Notes: a model not told the origin generated them from the sequence alone. DNA of 64,000 bases from an uncultured Chloroflexia bacterium (GCA_963703345.1 OY969814.1:352001-416000); one strand, 5' to 3'. Counted from the first letter of the stretch, positions 47,363 to 59,857 are shown. Numbers and translations are program-made.

Positions 47363-48346
47363 ATGATCAACAGCTTCCCATTCCTCGTCATCACCTTCAT
47401 CGCCATACTCGGCTTCGAGGCGGTGAACGGCTGGACCGACGCTCCCAACGCCGTCGCCACGGTCGTCTCCACGCGCGTACTGCCGCCGATCCCGGCCGTC
47501 GCGATGGCGGCGGTGTTCAACCTGCTCGGCGCACTCTCGGGAACAGCGGTGGCGGCCACTATCGGCAAGGGTATCGTCGATCTCAACCAGATCAACCTGG
47601 AGACGATACTGTCCGCCTGCATTGCGGTCATCGTCTGGAGCACGTTTGCCTGGTACTTCGGCCTGCCGACGAGCAAGACACACGAGATCCTCGCAGGTCT
47701 TGCGGGCGCCGGCGTGGCAACGGGCGGCTTCGATGTCCTCGAGTACAGCGGCTGGGAGAAGGTGTTCACGGGCCTCGGCGCCGCCATCATCTTCGGCGCG
47801 CTTGGCGGCGTCCTGCTGATGTGGATCCTCTCTTGGATCCTGAGAAAATCAAGTCCCGCCTTCGTCCACAGAACCTTCGGCGTGCTGCAGTTGGGTTCCG
47901 CCGCGTTCATGGCCTGGAGCCACGGCACCGCCGATGGCCAGAAGGCGATGGGCGTGATGGCGATGGCCCTGGCCATCCACTATCATCAGGCCTTCACCGT
48001 GCCGATCTGGGTGATCTTCCTGGCGGCGACGACGATGGGCCTCAGCACCGGCCTCGGGGGCTACCGAATCATCAAGACGCTGGGAATGCGGCTGACGCAT
48101 CTCCAGCCGGTGCACGGCTTTGCGGCGGAGACGGCGGCGGCGATGACGATTACGGTCAGCGCCCGCTTCGGCATTCCGTTGAGCACGACGCATACCATCG
48201 GCTCCGCGATCATGGGCGTCGGCGCGACGCGTCGTTTCTCGGCGGTGCGCTGGGGGATTGCGCAGGAGATACTGGCGGCGTGGGTGCTGACGTTCCCGGT
48301 CTGCTTTGCGCTGGGCTATGTGATAGCCTTCCTCATCCCCGGCTAG
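47363..48346 (+). CDS. pit: Inorganic phosphate transporter (PiT family)
   Basis: NGWTDAPNAVAT, GLPTSKTH, HGTADGQK, GIPLSTTH. Confidence 0.93.
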   Translation: MINSFPFLVITFIAILGFEAVNGWTDAPNAVATVVSTRVLPPIPAVAMAAVFNLLGALSGTAVAATIGKGIVDLNQINLETILSACIAVIVWSTFAWYFGLPTSKTHEILAGLAGAGVATGGFDVLEYSGWEKVFTGLGAAIIFGALGGVLLMWILSWILRKSSPAFVHRTFGVLQLGSAAFMAWSHGTADGQKAMGVMAMALAIHYHQAFTVPIWVIFLAATTMGLSTGLGGYRIIKTLGMRLTHLQPVHGFAAETAAAMTITVSARFGIPLSTTHTIGSAIMGVGATRRFSAVRWGIAQEILAAWVLTFPVCFALGYVIAFLIPG

Positions 48347-48368
48347 ACCAGGTCGCCTACTCCTACTG

Positions 48369-48701
48369 TTAGATCACCCCAAGGATGACGAGCAGCCAGC
48401 CGACGGACGCGAAGATGAACAGGGCACGTAGGTACATTCCGCTACGCCATTGGAGGTTCGCGTCCTTTTCCGCCGAGCCAGTCGTGCCAGTCCAGAAGTA
48501 GCCGAGCGCGGGAAAGGTCCTCGCCAGGACGCGTTGTCCCTCGGCATGAAAGATGAGCGAGAACGGTGCCCAGCAGACCTTCCCCCAGAATCGGATGATC
48601 CGCTCCGGATGCCACATGAACTGGTAGAACAACCAGCAGTAGGCTGCGACGAGAATGAAGTCAGTCGCCAGAGCTCCCAGAAAGACGAGCCAATCTTTCA
48701 T
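48369..48701 (-). CDS. Small membrane hypothetical protein
   Basis: Two hydrophobic segments; follows the upstream gene closely on the same strand. Confidence 0.55.
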   Translation of the reverse strand: MKDWLVFLGALATDFILVAAYCWLFYQFMWHPERIIRFWGKVCWAPFSLIFHAEGQRVLARTFPALGYFWTGTTGSAEKDANLQWRSGMYLRALFIFASVGWLLVILGVI

Positions 48702-48737
48702 TTCTCTCTTCTAGCGCTGTTGCGGAAGAGCGAGCGG

Positions 48738-49625
48738 CTAGCTGACGGCGACGGCGGCGCCCCAGAGGAAGACGACCTGCACGGCGACCAGCCCGGCCAG
48801 TAGCGTGTACGAGGCCAGCTTCTCCCAGGCGCGCGCAGCAACGGCGGCGACGAGGCTGACCAGCAAGATGCCGAAAGCGGTCGCCGGCAGCGACAGCAGC
48901 TCGTGCTTGGAGGCGACACGTTCGACGTCCAGCGGCGGGAAGGAGATGGCGAGGCTTTCGGGCAGGCCGCCGTAGTTGGCGTAGATGACGCCGGCAGTCG
49001 CAGCGCAAAGCAGCACGGCGACGAGCGCCAGCCCCTGAGCGTAGCGGTCGAGCCAGAACGGCTGGTCGGCGAGGGGCAAGCGGCGCGGCACCTGTCGCAG
49101 CGGAAGCTCCACGCCCTCCTTTCGGGCCGACTCGACCTCGCTCACAAACTGCCTCACGTCCGGCGGCGAGACCGCGTACGCCTGCGAAGCGGTGATAACG
49201 TACACGAGCTCTGCGGGGCGCCGGTGCGTGGAGTAGAAGAGCGTCTCGCCGATATCCTGCACGCTGGCATGGCCGACGTGATGGCCGGGCCAGCCGACGC
49301 CCTTGACGTTCGGCAAGGGGATAAGCTCGCCATGGGTCACGCGCTTCACGCCGTCAAGCGGTATCACCTGACGGACAAAGCCGCAGTGAATCACGAGACC
49401 GTTTCGGTCCAGCTCGTAGCGCAGGCTCGCGCAGGCATAGGTCCACCAGCCAATGAGTGCTGCGATTCCGAGGAAGACGGCAGCGAAGAGGTAGCAGAAG
49501 ACGGTGGAAAGAGAGACCGGCTCCGTCGCGCCGCGGAGGACGAGCAGGGCCGCGAAAACGAGCGCCCACGCCGAGGCGGCGATGCCCAGGGTCGTGCCGG
49601 TTGCGCGTCGAGGGTGGAATTGCAT
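48738..49625 (-). CDS. Membrane protein with bacterial PH domain and DUF1648-like C-terminal hairpin
   Basis: Two TM helices, LRYELDRNGLVI..G...IPL, GWPG..VG, YAVSP, then TM-LPESLAISF-TM. Confidence 0.75.
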   Translation of the reverse strand: MQFHPRRATGTTLGIAASAWALVFAALLVLRGATEPVSLSTVFCYLFAAVFLGIAALIGWWTYACASLRYELDRNGLVIHCGFVRQVIPLDGVKRVTHGELIPLPNVKGVGWPGHHVGHASVQDIGETLFYSTHRRPAELVYVITASQAYAVSPPDVRQFVSEVESARKEGVELPLRQVPRRLPLADQPFWLDRYAQGLALVAVLLCAATAGVIYANYGGLPESLAISFPPLDVERVASKHELLSLPATAFGILLVSLVAAVAARAWEKLASYTLLAGLVAVQVVFLWGAAVAVS

Positions 49626-49636
49626 AGTCTCGCGGG

Positions 49637-50551
49637 CTACGCGGGCGTGCACCAGTCCGCGTACTTGTTGTTCTTGCAGCAGATGGCGTCGAGGTACAGC
49701 TTCTGGAGACGCGCCGTCACCGGGCCCGTCTTGCCGTTGCCCACCGGACGCCTGTCGATGTCGACGACGGCGGTGACGTGGGCAGCGGTGCCCGTCATGA
49801 AGCACTCGTCGGCGGTATACAACTCCGCGCGGGCGACGGGGCGCTCCAGCGTCTCCATGCCCAGCTCCTCGCGCGCCAGCCGCATGACGGTGTCACGGGT
49901 AATGCCGACGAGGATGTTGTCCGATTGCGAAGGCGTGATCAGCCTGCCGTCCTCGACGATGAAGATGTTCTCGCCGCTGCCTTCGGAGACGTGACCGTTG
50001 ATGGAGAGCATGATCGCCTCGTCGAAGCCGTTCTCCTGCGCCTCGGTCTTGGCCAGCGCCGAGTTGACGTAGATGCCGGTGACCTTGGCCCGCGCCGGAA
50101 TCGACAGCTCGTCGACACGGCGCCAGGACGAGGTCATGCAGCGGATGCCTTTGTCGAGGTCCAGATACGGGCCGAAGGGCGTGACGTACATCAGGAGGTC
50201 GTCGTCCAGGTTGTGCATGCGCACGCCGACGACCTCGGAGCTCTTGTAGGCGATGGGCCGAAGGTAGACGTCCTCGGTGTAGCCGCACATGCCGACCAGC
50301 TTCGTAGCGATGTCGCAAAGCTCGTCGGGGCTGTAAGGAAGGTCGATCTTGAGGATGCGACAGCTCCTGGCGAGGCGAAGGAAGTGGTCGCGCAGGCGGA
50401 ACAGGTAGATTCGTTCGTCCTGCTCGTTCCAGTTGCCGCGGATGCCCTCGAAGCAGCCGGTGCCGTAGTTGAAGGCGTGCGTCATTACGCCGATCTTGGC
50501 CTCCGGCAGCGGCAGGAACTGCTTCTTGAGATAGGCGTAGGGCGTCGGCAT
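49637..50551 (-). CDS. ilvE: Branched-chain amino acid aminotransferase
   Basis: HAFNYGTGCFEGIR, AKVTGIYVNS, EGSGENIF, LVGITR, TGTAAH. Confidence 0.95.
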   Translation of the reverse strand: MPTPYAYLKKQFLPLPEAKIGVMTHAFNYGTGCFEGIRGNWNEQDERIYLFRLRDHFLRLARSCRILKIDLPYSPDELCDIATKLVGMCGYTEDVYLRPIAYKSSEVVGVRMHNLDDDLLMYVTPFGPYLDLDKGIRCMTSSWRRVDELSIPARAKVTGIYVNSALAKTEAQENGFDEAIMLSINGHVSEGSGENIFIVEDGRLITPSQSDNILVGITRDTVMRLAREELGMETLERPVARAELYTADECFMTGTAAHVTAVVDIDRRPVGNGKTGPVTARLQKLYLDAICCKNNKYADWCTPA

Positions 50552-50645
50552 CCGCAGGCTCCTTTCGAGGGGCAGTAGGGCGCCATTATAGGGCAGGCGC
50601 GCCTGACGTGGCAAGTCGCCCCTTCAACGTTAGAATCGATTGTGA

Positions 50646-52766
<2,121 letters not shown>

Positions 52767-52795
52767 GTGATCCCGAAGGCTGGAGCGGCTCGGAA

Positions 52796-53695
52796 GTGAG
52801 CGAGCGCGAATTCATCGGCATACCCCTGCAACAATGGGGAGCTGCGGCTCTTGGAGCTGCTTTCACTGCGCTTGGGACCTTATTCATCCAAGCGCTTGGG
52901 TTCGTCAGGACGTCGTGGAACGAGAGCCGCCCTGCGTGCCGCCTTCTAGGACGCGTGGCGAGGTCCGAGGAGCCTTGCTACATCTTCGTGCGCGATTTCT
53001 TCGTCCCTACGCCGCTCCCCGTGCTGGTTCCTTCTCCTGCAGGGGGAACGCAGACAATCTCCGTGAACGTGCCCCTTTTGATTAAGGATGGCCCCACAGG
53101 TGCCGTCGGCGCGGTAAAGAACGTGAATCAACTTTGGAGCAGTGTCGAAAGTAGTGCGCTTTCCAATCTCCTATACGTGTTCGCCGTTGCGGGGAAGAAT
53201 GAGGGTGTACACGTCCAGCAGATGAGCCAAGACGTTGGCGTTTGGGACGGGAGCATAATCGTCCTGGGAGCGCAGGCTACCCGCTCCATCGAGTTTTACC
53301 GCCGCATGAAAGGTGTAGCCTACCGAATGACGGGGAGAAGCATAGTCGATGTTGTCAATGGGACGACCGTCAAGCGATCGGGTCCCTTTGGTTATGGGAT
53401 CATCCTTAAGGCGCGCAACCCTCTGCGAACGTCCGGCGGGCACGGAGTGGGTTTCCTGATTGGCGGGTTTGGCACACTGGGAACCGAGGCCGCGGGTTAC
53501 TACTTCAGGACTCGTTATCGAGAACTTGCCAGGGACTTCGGTGAACGGACCTTCGGGATCGTTATTCGCGCATCTCTGCAGGCGGGCGCGGCCTCAGCCG
53601 AACGGCTACACAGCTACGACCGGGTCACCGAGCCGAAGCCGCGCTTCCGCCGCATATATGAGCAAGTTGTGTTTTGGGCGCACAAACAGATGTGA
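52796..53695 (+). CDS. Hypothetical protein with N-terminal TM helix (atypical composition)
   Basis: 299-aa ORF with lower GC and more A/T third positions than its neighbours; IIVLGAQ...YGIILKARNP...FLIGGFGTLGTEAAG alpha/beta pattern. Confidence 0.7.
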   Translation: MSEREFIGIPLQQWGAAALGAAFTALGTLFIQALGFVRTSWNESRPACRLLGRVARSEEPCYIFVRDFFVPTPLPVLVPSPAGGTQTISVNVPLLIKDGPTGAVGAVKNVNQLWSSVESSALSNLLYVFAVAGKNEGVHVQQMSQDVGVWDGSIIVLGAQATRSIEFYRRMKGVAYRMTGRSIVDVVNGTTVKRSGPFGYGIILKARNPLRTSGGHGVGFLIGGFGTLGTEAAGYYFRTRYRELARDFGERTFGIVIRASLQAGAASAERLHSYDRVTEPKPRFRRIYEQVVFWAHKQM

Positions 53696-53740
53696 ACTTC
53701 ACTGCCCCCGGTCGGGTGACGTGTCCTAGAGTCTACCTCT

Positions 53741-54364
53741 CTAGGTTGGGTCGCTGCTGGGGTTGCCAGAATAGAGGTTTTGTTCCTTGATGTAGGCCTC
53801 GACGGGCGGCGGGACGAGGCCCTCCAGCGACACGCCCTTGCGCGCCCACTCGCGTATCGCCGTGGCGCTCACGTCTACAAACGTCATCGGCAGCACGATG
53901 AGCCGTCGCGAGATGCCGGGGATGGCTTTCTCTAGCTCCGTCACTTCCAGCTCGCGACCGGGCGACCGTAGCGCTACCGCCACCCAGGCGAGCGCGACGA
54001 TGCGGTGCGGCTCCTTCCAGTTCGGCATGTCCAGCAGCGCGTCCTCACCGAGCACGAAGAAGAGCTCGGTCTCCGGTCCGTAAAGCGCCAGCAGCTCTCC
54101 CAACGTGTCGACCGTGTACGAGGGCCCGGGCCTGTTCAGCTCGAGCGTCAACACGTCCATGCGCGGCAGCGAGTCGACGGCCAGCCAAGTCATCTCCAGA
54201 CGATGGTCGGCGGCGCTCAGGGGCTGTCCGGCCTTTCGCCAGGGTTCGCGCGCCGGTACAAACAGCAGCTTGTCCAGCTCCAGGTGCTCGAGGGCGACCT
54301 CAGCCAGCCTTAGGTGGCCGACGTGCGGCGGGTCGAAGGTGCCTCCGAGGACACCCAGCTTCAT
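53741..54364 (-). CDS. nadD: Nicotinate-nucleotide adenylyltransferase
   Basis: GGTFDPPHVGH, SYTVDTL, GED, VSATAIR; ATGA overlap with the obg stop. Confidence 0.96.
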   Translation of the reverse strand: MKLGVLGGTFDPPHVGHLRLAEVALEHLELDKLLFVPAREPWRKAGQPLSAADHRLEMTWLAVDSLPRMDVLTLELNRPGPSYTVDTLGELLALYGPETELFFVLGEDALLDMPNWKEPHRIVALAWVAVALRSPGRELEVTELEKAIPGISRRLIVLPMTFVDVSATAIREWARKGVSLEGLVPPPVEAYIKEQNLYSGNPSSDPT

Positions 54365-55629
54365 CCTTCCCACTCCATCTCCAAGCCAGCGACGCGAATG
54401 CGGTCTCCCGGGCGCGCGCCAGCACGCTTCAGCGCCGCGCCGACGCCCATCCGAATCAGCCGGCGCCGTATCTCCGCGTTCGCCTCGCGGCTGTCGCCAG
54501 TCAGCCTCTCGACCAGCCGCCGAGCGAGCACTCCCTCTACTTCGAACGTGCCGTCTCGCTTCGTCAGGACGAATCGGGGCTGTCGCGGCTGAAGCCTGGT
54601 CACCACGATCGGCGCCGCGGGCTCCTCCTTTGGCCTCGCCTTCTCCTCCGCCAGCGCTTCCATGACCGCGTCCAGCAGTTCGTCAACGCCTTCGCCGGTC
54701 GCGGCGGAGATGAAGAAGGGCATGACACGGGCCCCCGCCAGTTCCGACGCTAGCTCTTCTCGCCGGCGCCGTACGTCCGGCAGGTCAAGCTTGTTCACCG
54801 CGACTAGCTGTCGCTTCTTCGCCAATACCTCGCTGTAGGCGCGAAGCTCCTCGTTTACCGCCTCCATGTCCTGTCGCGGGCCTTCGCGAGTGCCGTCCAG
54901 CAGGTGCAGCAACAATCGCGTCCTCTCGACGTGCCGCAGGAATTCCAGGCCGAGCCCGGCGCCGTCGTGTGCACCGCTTATGAGGCCCGGTATGTCCGCG
55001 AAGACGGCCGCCGCAAAGGCTCTCTCGACCACGCCGAGTACCGGTTCAAGCGTTGTGAACGGATAGTCGGCGACTTTCGGCCGGGCGGCGGAAATGCGGC
55101 GCAGCAGCGTGGACTTGCCGGCGTTGGGGAGTCCGGCTATGCCAACGTCTGCCACCAGCTTCAGGTCGAGGTTGACGTCTAGCTCTTCGCCCTTTTCACC
55201 CTTCTCAGCTATCCGTGGCGCCCGGTTCGTTGAGCTGGCGAAGTGGACGTTGCCGCGACCGCCGCGACCGCCTTTCGCCACAACCATCCGCTGCCCTTCT
55301 TCCGTCAAATCTGCTATCACTTCCCCTTCGCCATCCTCGGCTCGTCGGGCGATCGTTCCTACCGGCACGCGGATGAGTAGATCGGCACCGTTCGCGCCAT
55401 GCTTCTTGCCGCCGCTGCCGGGGCCACCGTTCTCCGCGCGGTAGTAGCGCTTGCGTCGAAAGTGGGCCAACGTGCTGAGGGATGAGTCAACCTCAAGGAT
55501 GACATTGCCCCCCTTGCCGCCGTCGCCACCGTCCGGCCCGCCTTTGGGCACGTACTTCTCGCGCCGAAAGCTCAGCGAGCCGTCGCCGCCGTTTCCTGCC
55601 TGCACGTGAATGCGGACGCGGTCAATCAT
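54361..55629 (-). CDS. obgE: GTPase ObgE/CgtA
   Basis: GGPDGGDGG, GLPNAGKST, DYPFTTL, DIPG, NKLD, C-terminal OCT domain. Confidence 0.97.
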   Translation of the reverse strand: MIDRVRIHVQAGNGGDGSLSFRREKYVPKGGPDGGDGGKGGNVILEVDSSLSTLAHFRRKRYYRAENGGPGSGGKKHGANGADLLIRVPVGTIARRAEDGEGEVIADLTEEGQRMVVAKGGRGGRGNVHFASSTNRAPRIAEKGEKGEELDVNLDLKLVADVGIAGLPNAGKSTLLRRISAARPKVADYPFTTLEPVLGVVERAFAAAVFADIPGLISGAHDGAGLGLEFLRHVERTRLLLHLLDGTREGPRQDMEAVNEELRAYSEVLAKKRQLVAVNKLDLPDVRRRREELASELAGARVMPFFISAATGEGVDELLDAVMEALAEEKARPKEEPAAPIVVTRLQPRQPRFVLTKRDGTFEVEGVLARRLVERLTGDSREANAEIRRRLIRMGVGAALKRAGARPGDRIRVAGLEMEWEG

Positions 55630-55639
55630 CAATCGCACC

Positions 55640-55923
55640 TCGCGACCATTATACCCACCCGGTACACATCTCTCTTCTCACACTATCGACCCCCTGAGGC
55701 TCCTCTCAAATCGAGAGAGCGGCAGTGAGAGAAGAGGTTACCTGATAGATAGAGGGGCGAGAAACGGTGAAAACGGTGGAGTGAGATTCGGAAAGAAGAT
55801 GGGGGTGGTGGAGAGAAGTGACGGCCGGCGGGAGAAAGCACGGAGCTGGTGGGCGTTTTCAACCGAAGTAGACATAGCGAAGAGGAGGAAAGGAAAGATG
55901 AGAGAGGACAGCAGGGAAAGGAT
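55640..55923. other. Candidate chromosomal replication origin (oriC) downstream of dnaA
   Basis: Non-coding, strongly purine-skewed, lower GC; tandem DnaA-box-like 9-mers (minus strand ACTCCACCG, TTTTCACCG) followed by GCCCC and CTATCTATC. Gene orientation flips around dnaA. Confidence 0.6.
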
Positions 55924-57279
55924 TCAGGCCTGTGAAGATTCGATCTGCTTGCGTATCGTCTGGAGGTCGCTGCTGGTCTGGGGAATAGCCGCGTTCTCGC
56001 GCTCGATCTTGCGACAGGCGTAGAGGACAGTTGAGTGGTCGCGATCGCCAAAGAGACGCCCGATCTGGGTCAGTGGCTGGCAGGCGTCGTGGCGCAGGAG
56101 GTACATGGCGACGTGGCGAGCAGTGGTGACGCGCTTCCCCCGCCCTTCGCCCCGCAGTGATTGAAGCGGCACATCATAGTAGGAGCAGACGGCGTCGATG
56201 ACGCGGTCGGGAGCTGGAGGCGAAGCCACGGCAGCTGGACGGGCGCATATGATGGCCGCATGGACGAGAGAGAGATCGAGTGGGCGACCGGTGAGCCGAG
56301 CATAGGCGACGACGCGATTCAGCGCGCCTTCCAGTTCGCGGACGTTGGCGTAAGCCTGCGACGCTAGGAATTCGAGGGCAGCGGGGTCGGCGTCGGCGTG
56401 GAGAGACGGCGCTTTCTTGCGCAGGAAGGCGAGTCGGGCGGTCGCCGGGAACATGGCGAGGTCGGCGGTGAGGCCTGACTGGAAGCGAGAGCGCAGTCGT
56501 GGCGAGAAGCGGGTCAGGCTTTGCGGCGGCTCGTCGCTGGCCAAGACGACCTGCTTGCCGTTCGACTGGAGGTGGTTGAAGGTGTGGAAAAACTCCTCCT
56601 GAGTCCGTTCCTTGCCGGCGAGGAACTGGATGTCGTCGAGCAGGAGAGCGTCGAGGGAGCGGTATTTGGCGCGGAACTCATCGTTGCGCTTCTGTCGGCT
56701 GGCAAAGACGAACTCGGAGAGGTACTGCTCGGCGGTGACGTAGAAGACGCGGCATCCCTGCGCGAGGAGGCGCTGTGCAATGGCGTGCATGAGGTGCGTC
56801 TTGCCGAGGCCGCTTTCGCCGTAAAGGAAGAGAGGGTTGTGCTCCGGCGCGCCGTTCTGACGGGCGGCGGCGCAAGCGGCGGCGTGAGCCAGGCGGTTGC
56901 AATCGGCTACGACGAAAGTGTCGAATGTGTAGAGCGGGTTGAGGCGGGGCTTTGGCAGAGACGGCACGAACTCGGAGGGTCGCAGCGGATCGATGGCGGC
57001 CGGCGCAGGCGACGGCTCTTCGCTTACGCCGTCGACCCGGAAGCTGACGCGCAGCGGCTGCCCGACGATGCCGGCAAGCGTCTTAGTTATGAGATCTTCC
57101 AGGCGGCCGGCCAGCCACTCGGCGACGAAATCGGACGGAACGCAGACGGTGAGGTGGCCGTCCTCAAGGGAAAGCCCCTTGCTGTCGCGGAGCCAGGTCT
57201 CGAAGTTGGCCCGGGTAACTTGAAGCTGGAGCTGTCCGAGAGCTGCTTCCCAGAGAGCGGTGGCGGAACGTGGCGGCAT
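55924..57279 (-). CDS. dnaA: Chromosomal replication initiator DnaA
   Basis: [52 protein letters not shown]. Confidence 0.97.
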   Translation of the reverse strand: MPPRSATALWEAALGQLQLQVTRANFETWLRDSKGLSLEDGHLTVCVPSDFVAEWLAGRLEDLITKTLAGIVGQPLRVSFRVDGVSEEPSPAPAAIDPLRPSEFVPSLPKPRLNPLYTFDTFVVADCNRLAHAAACAAARQNGAPEHNPLFLYGESGLGKTHLMHAIAQRLLAQGCRVFYVTAEQYLSEFVFASRQKRNDEFRAKYRSLDALLLDDIQFLAGKERTQEEFFHTFNHLQSNGKQVVLASDEPPQSLTRFSPRLRSRFQSGLTADLAMFPATARLAFLRKKAPSLHADADPAALEFLASQAYANVRELEGALNRVVAYARLTGRPLDLSLVHAAIICARPAAVASPPAPDRVIDAVCSYYDVPLQSLRGEGRGKRVTTARHVAMYLLRHDACQPLTQIGRLFGDRDHSTVLYACRKIERENAAIPQTSSDLQTIRKQIESSQA

Positions 57280-57707
57280 CCCGGTTAAGCCTCGATTCTT
57301 TCCAGCGCCATCCGCTTCCTGCTGATGGGCGCGCGACAACGCCGACGCCAGAGATAGGTCGTTTGATGTCCCTTGATAAGGCTTCTAGTGGCTGATAGAT
57401 GCTCTCAGCTCAAGCCGCCGTGGCTCGGGGTTATGAGCCGTGACGGCCGTCGCCTGTGGCCGCGGGCCGGGCGGGAGATCGGCCCTGCACCGCAGAGGAT
57501 AGCGCTGCCAGTGAGGGACGGTCAAGGCTCTTATGATCACTTGGGGGGGAAAATTGCCGCCTTTCGAAAACGGAAAAATGGAGGAGGTGGGCTGCGCTCG
57601 AGCGGCCCGAGGACAGCGCACCGTGCAGCGCAGGACCGGCAGCCACCTATCTGAGGGGCGTCCGCGTGCCACGTGGTCGCGGAAAAGCCTCTGAAATCGG
57701 TATCAAG

Positions 57708-57737
57708 TTGCCACGCCAAATTGCCGTCCACTATAAT
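57708..57737 (+). promoter_or_regulatory. Sigma70-like promoter of coaX-coaBC
   Basis: TTGCCA-18 bp-TATAAT. Confidence 0.65.
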
Positions 57738-57788
57738 GAGCAGCGCTGAAGCGGCCGATAAAGAAGCCGGCTGCTCAGGCAGGTGAAC

Positions 57789-58586
57789 ATGCTACTCGCC
57801 CTCGACATCGGCAATACCGCAATCACAATCGGCGTCTTCGACGGCGAGCAGATCCGCGCCCGCTGGAGCATAGCCACCGACGTCGAGAACCTGGTCGACG
57901 AGTATGCCATCCTGCTGCTCAGCCTCCTCAACACCGAAGGCCTCGGCGCAAAGGACGTCGACGAGGCGATCCTGGGGAGCGTCGTTCCCTCCCTCACGCC
58001 AGTCTTCCAGGAGGTCTGCCGCCGCTACTTCAAAGTCGCGCCGCTGGTCGTTGACCCCGGCGTGCGCACGGGCATCCGCATCCTTTACGACAGCCCGCGC
58101 GACGTCGGCGCCGACCGCGTGATCGACGCTGTTGCCGCCATCAAGCTCTACGGACCGCCGCTGATCATCGTCGACTTCGGGACCGCGACCGTGTTCGACG
58201 CCATCTCCAGAGAGGGCGACTACGTCGGCGGCGTGATTGCGCCGGGCATAGGCATCTCGCTGGAGGCGCTGTTCGAGCGAACGGCCAAGCTGCCGCGCAT
58301 CGAATTGGAGCGCCCGAAGACCGCTATCGGCAAGACGACCGTCAGCGCCATGCAGGCAGGCATCATTTTTGGCTACGTCGGGCTGATCGAAGGCATCATC
58401 GCCCGCATGCGAAGGGAGTTGGACCCGGACGCAAAGGTCATAGCAACCGGCGGCTACGCGCCGCTCATTGCCAAAGAGACGCCCGTGATCCAGGAAGTGA
58501 ACGTGGACTTGACGCTGGTGGGTCTGCGGCTGATTCAGGAAGCGAATCGGGGGCAGACCACGCCCACAGGCAGGCAGGCGCGATGA
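57789..58586 (+). CDS. coaX: Type III pantothenate kinase
   Basis: LALDIGNT, SVVP, VGADR, VDFGTAT, GGVIAPG, ATGG. Confidence 0.96.
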   Translation: MLLALDIGNTAITIGVFDGEQIRARWSIATDVENLVDEYAILLLSLLNTEGLGAKDVDEAILGSVVPSLTPVFQEVCRRYFKVAPLVVDPGVRTGIRILYDSPRDVGADRVIDAVAAIKLYGPPLIIVDFGTATVFDAISREGDYVGGVIAPGIGISLEALFERTAKLPRIELERPKTAIGKTTVSAMQAGIIFGYVGLIEGIIARMRRELDPDAKVIATGGYAPLIAKETPVIQEVNVDLTLVGLRLIQEANRGQTTPTGRQAR

Positions 58587-59803
58587 TGATACTCGAAGGC
58601 AAGCGAATTGTTGTGGGAATAACCGGCAGCGTCGCCGCTCACAAGGGCGCGGACCTGGTGAGCAAGCTTACGCAGGCGGGCGCGCTTGTCGACGTCATTC
58701 TCACGGAGTCCGGCGCCCGCTTCGTGACACCGATCGCGCTGCAGGGGTTGAGCGGACGGCCCGTGTACACGGACGTCTTCGCGACGACGGGCGATCTAGC
58801 GATCTCGCACGTCGAGCTCGGGCGACGGGCCGATGCCGTCGTCATCGCGCCGGCGAGCGCTGCCACGCTGGCTCGTCTGGCGCACGGCCTTGCCGACAAC
58901 CTCCTCTGCCTCACCGTGCTGGCCACCGAGGCTCCGGTACTGCTTGCGCCGGCCATGGACGCGCTGATGTACGAGAATACCGCGACGCAGGCTAATCTGA
59001 AGGTCCTCCGCGATCGCGGGATGATCGTCGTGGGTCCGGCGGAAGGGCGCTTGGCGAGCGGAATGGTCGGACGCGGACGCATGATGGAGCCGGAGACGAT
59101 TGTCGGCGCGCTGCGGCAGGCGCTGGGACGGAAGGGCGACCTAGCGGGACGAAAGGTCGTCGTCAGCGCTGGCGGCACGCACGAGCCGGTCGACCCAGTG
59201 CGATATCTGGGCAACTACTCTTCCGGCAAGATGGGCTACGCGCTGGCGGAGGTGGCACGGGACCGCGGGGCGCAGGTCGTGCTTGTGAGCGGGCCGACGG
59301 CCCTGGCTGCGCCCTTCGGAGTCGATCTCGTCAGCGTGAGGACGGCCGTGGAGATGCGAGGCGCCGTTGTCGCCGCTTGTGCCGGTGCCGATGCGCTCGT
59401 CATGGCCGCGGCTGTTGCGGACTACCGCCCGAGCCGCCCCGCGAGGCAGAAGATCAAGCGCACCGGAGGAGGGATGACGCTGGAGCTCGTTCCGACGCCC
59501 GACGTCCTGGCGGAAGTAAAGGGTGACCTCGTGCGAGTGGCGTTTGCCGCCGAGAGCCAGGACCTGGTGAAGAACGCGTCGGCGAAGATGGCGCGAAAGG
59601 GCGTCGATCTCATCGTCGCCAACGACATCACTGCGGAGGGCTCGGGCTTCGGCACCGAGACGAATCAGGTGACGATCATCGACCGCTCGGGCGCGGCTGA
59701 GAGCCTGCCTCTGCTCAGCAAGTACGACGTCGCGTGGCGCATCCTCGACCGCGTCGTCCCGTTGCTCAAGAAGCGCAGCACGAGGGTCCGCCGCCGGTCC
59801 TAG
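58583..59803 (+). CDS. coaBC: Bifunctional PPC decarboxylase/PPC synthetase
   Basis: ITGSVAAHK, HVELG, APAMD, GGTHEPVDPVRYLGNYSSGKMG, AAAVADY, FAAES, ANDI. Confidence 0.95.
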   Translation: MMILEGKRIVVGITGSVAAHKGADLVSKLTQAGALVDVILTESGARFVTPIALQGLSGRPVYTDVFATTGDLAISHVELGRRADAVVIAPASAATLARLAHGLADNLLCLTVLATEAPVLLAPAMDALMYENTATQANLKVLRDRGMIVVGPAEGRLASGMVGRGRMMEPETIVGALRQALGRKGDLAGRKVVVSAGGTHEPVDPVRYLGNYSSGKMGYALAEVARDRGAQVVLVSGPTALAAPFGVDLVSVRTAVEMRGAVVAACAGADALVMAAAVADYRPSRPARQKIKRTGGGMTLELVPTPDVLAEVKGDLVRVAFAAESQDLVKNASAKMARKGVDLIVANDITAEGSGFGTETNQVTIIDRSGAAESLPLLSKYDVAWRILDRVVPLLKKRSTRVRRRS

Positions 59804-59857
59804 TAGCCACGCCGGGCCGCAAACGAGGGGCGCGTCTCCTTCTCGCACCGCCTTTCC

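Noticed and set aside
55610-56051. ORFs 55610-56023 (+) and 55683-56051 (-)
   Set aside because: Low-complexity translations of the purine-skewed origin-like spacer, overlapping dnaA or obg.
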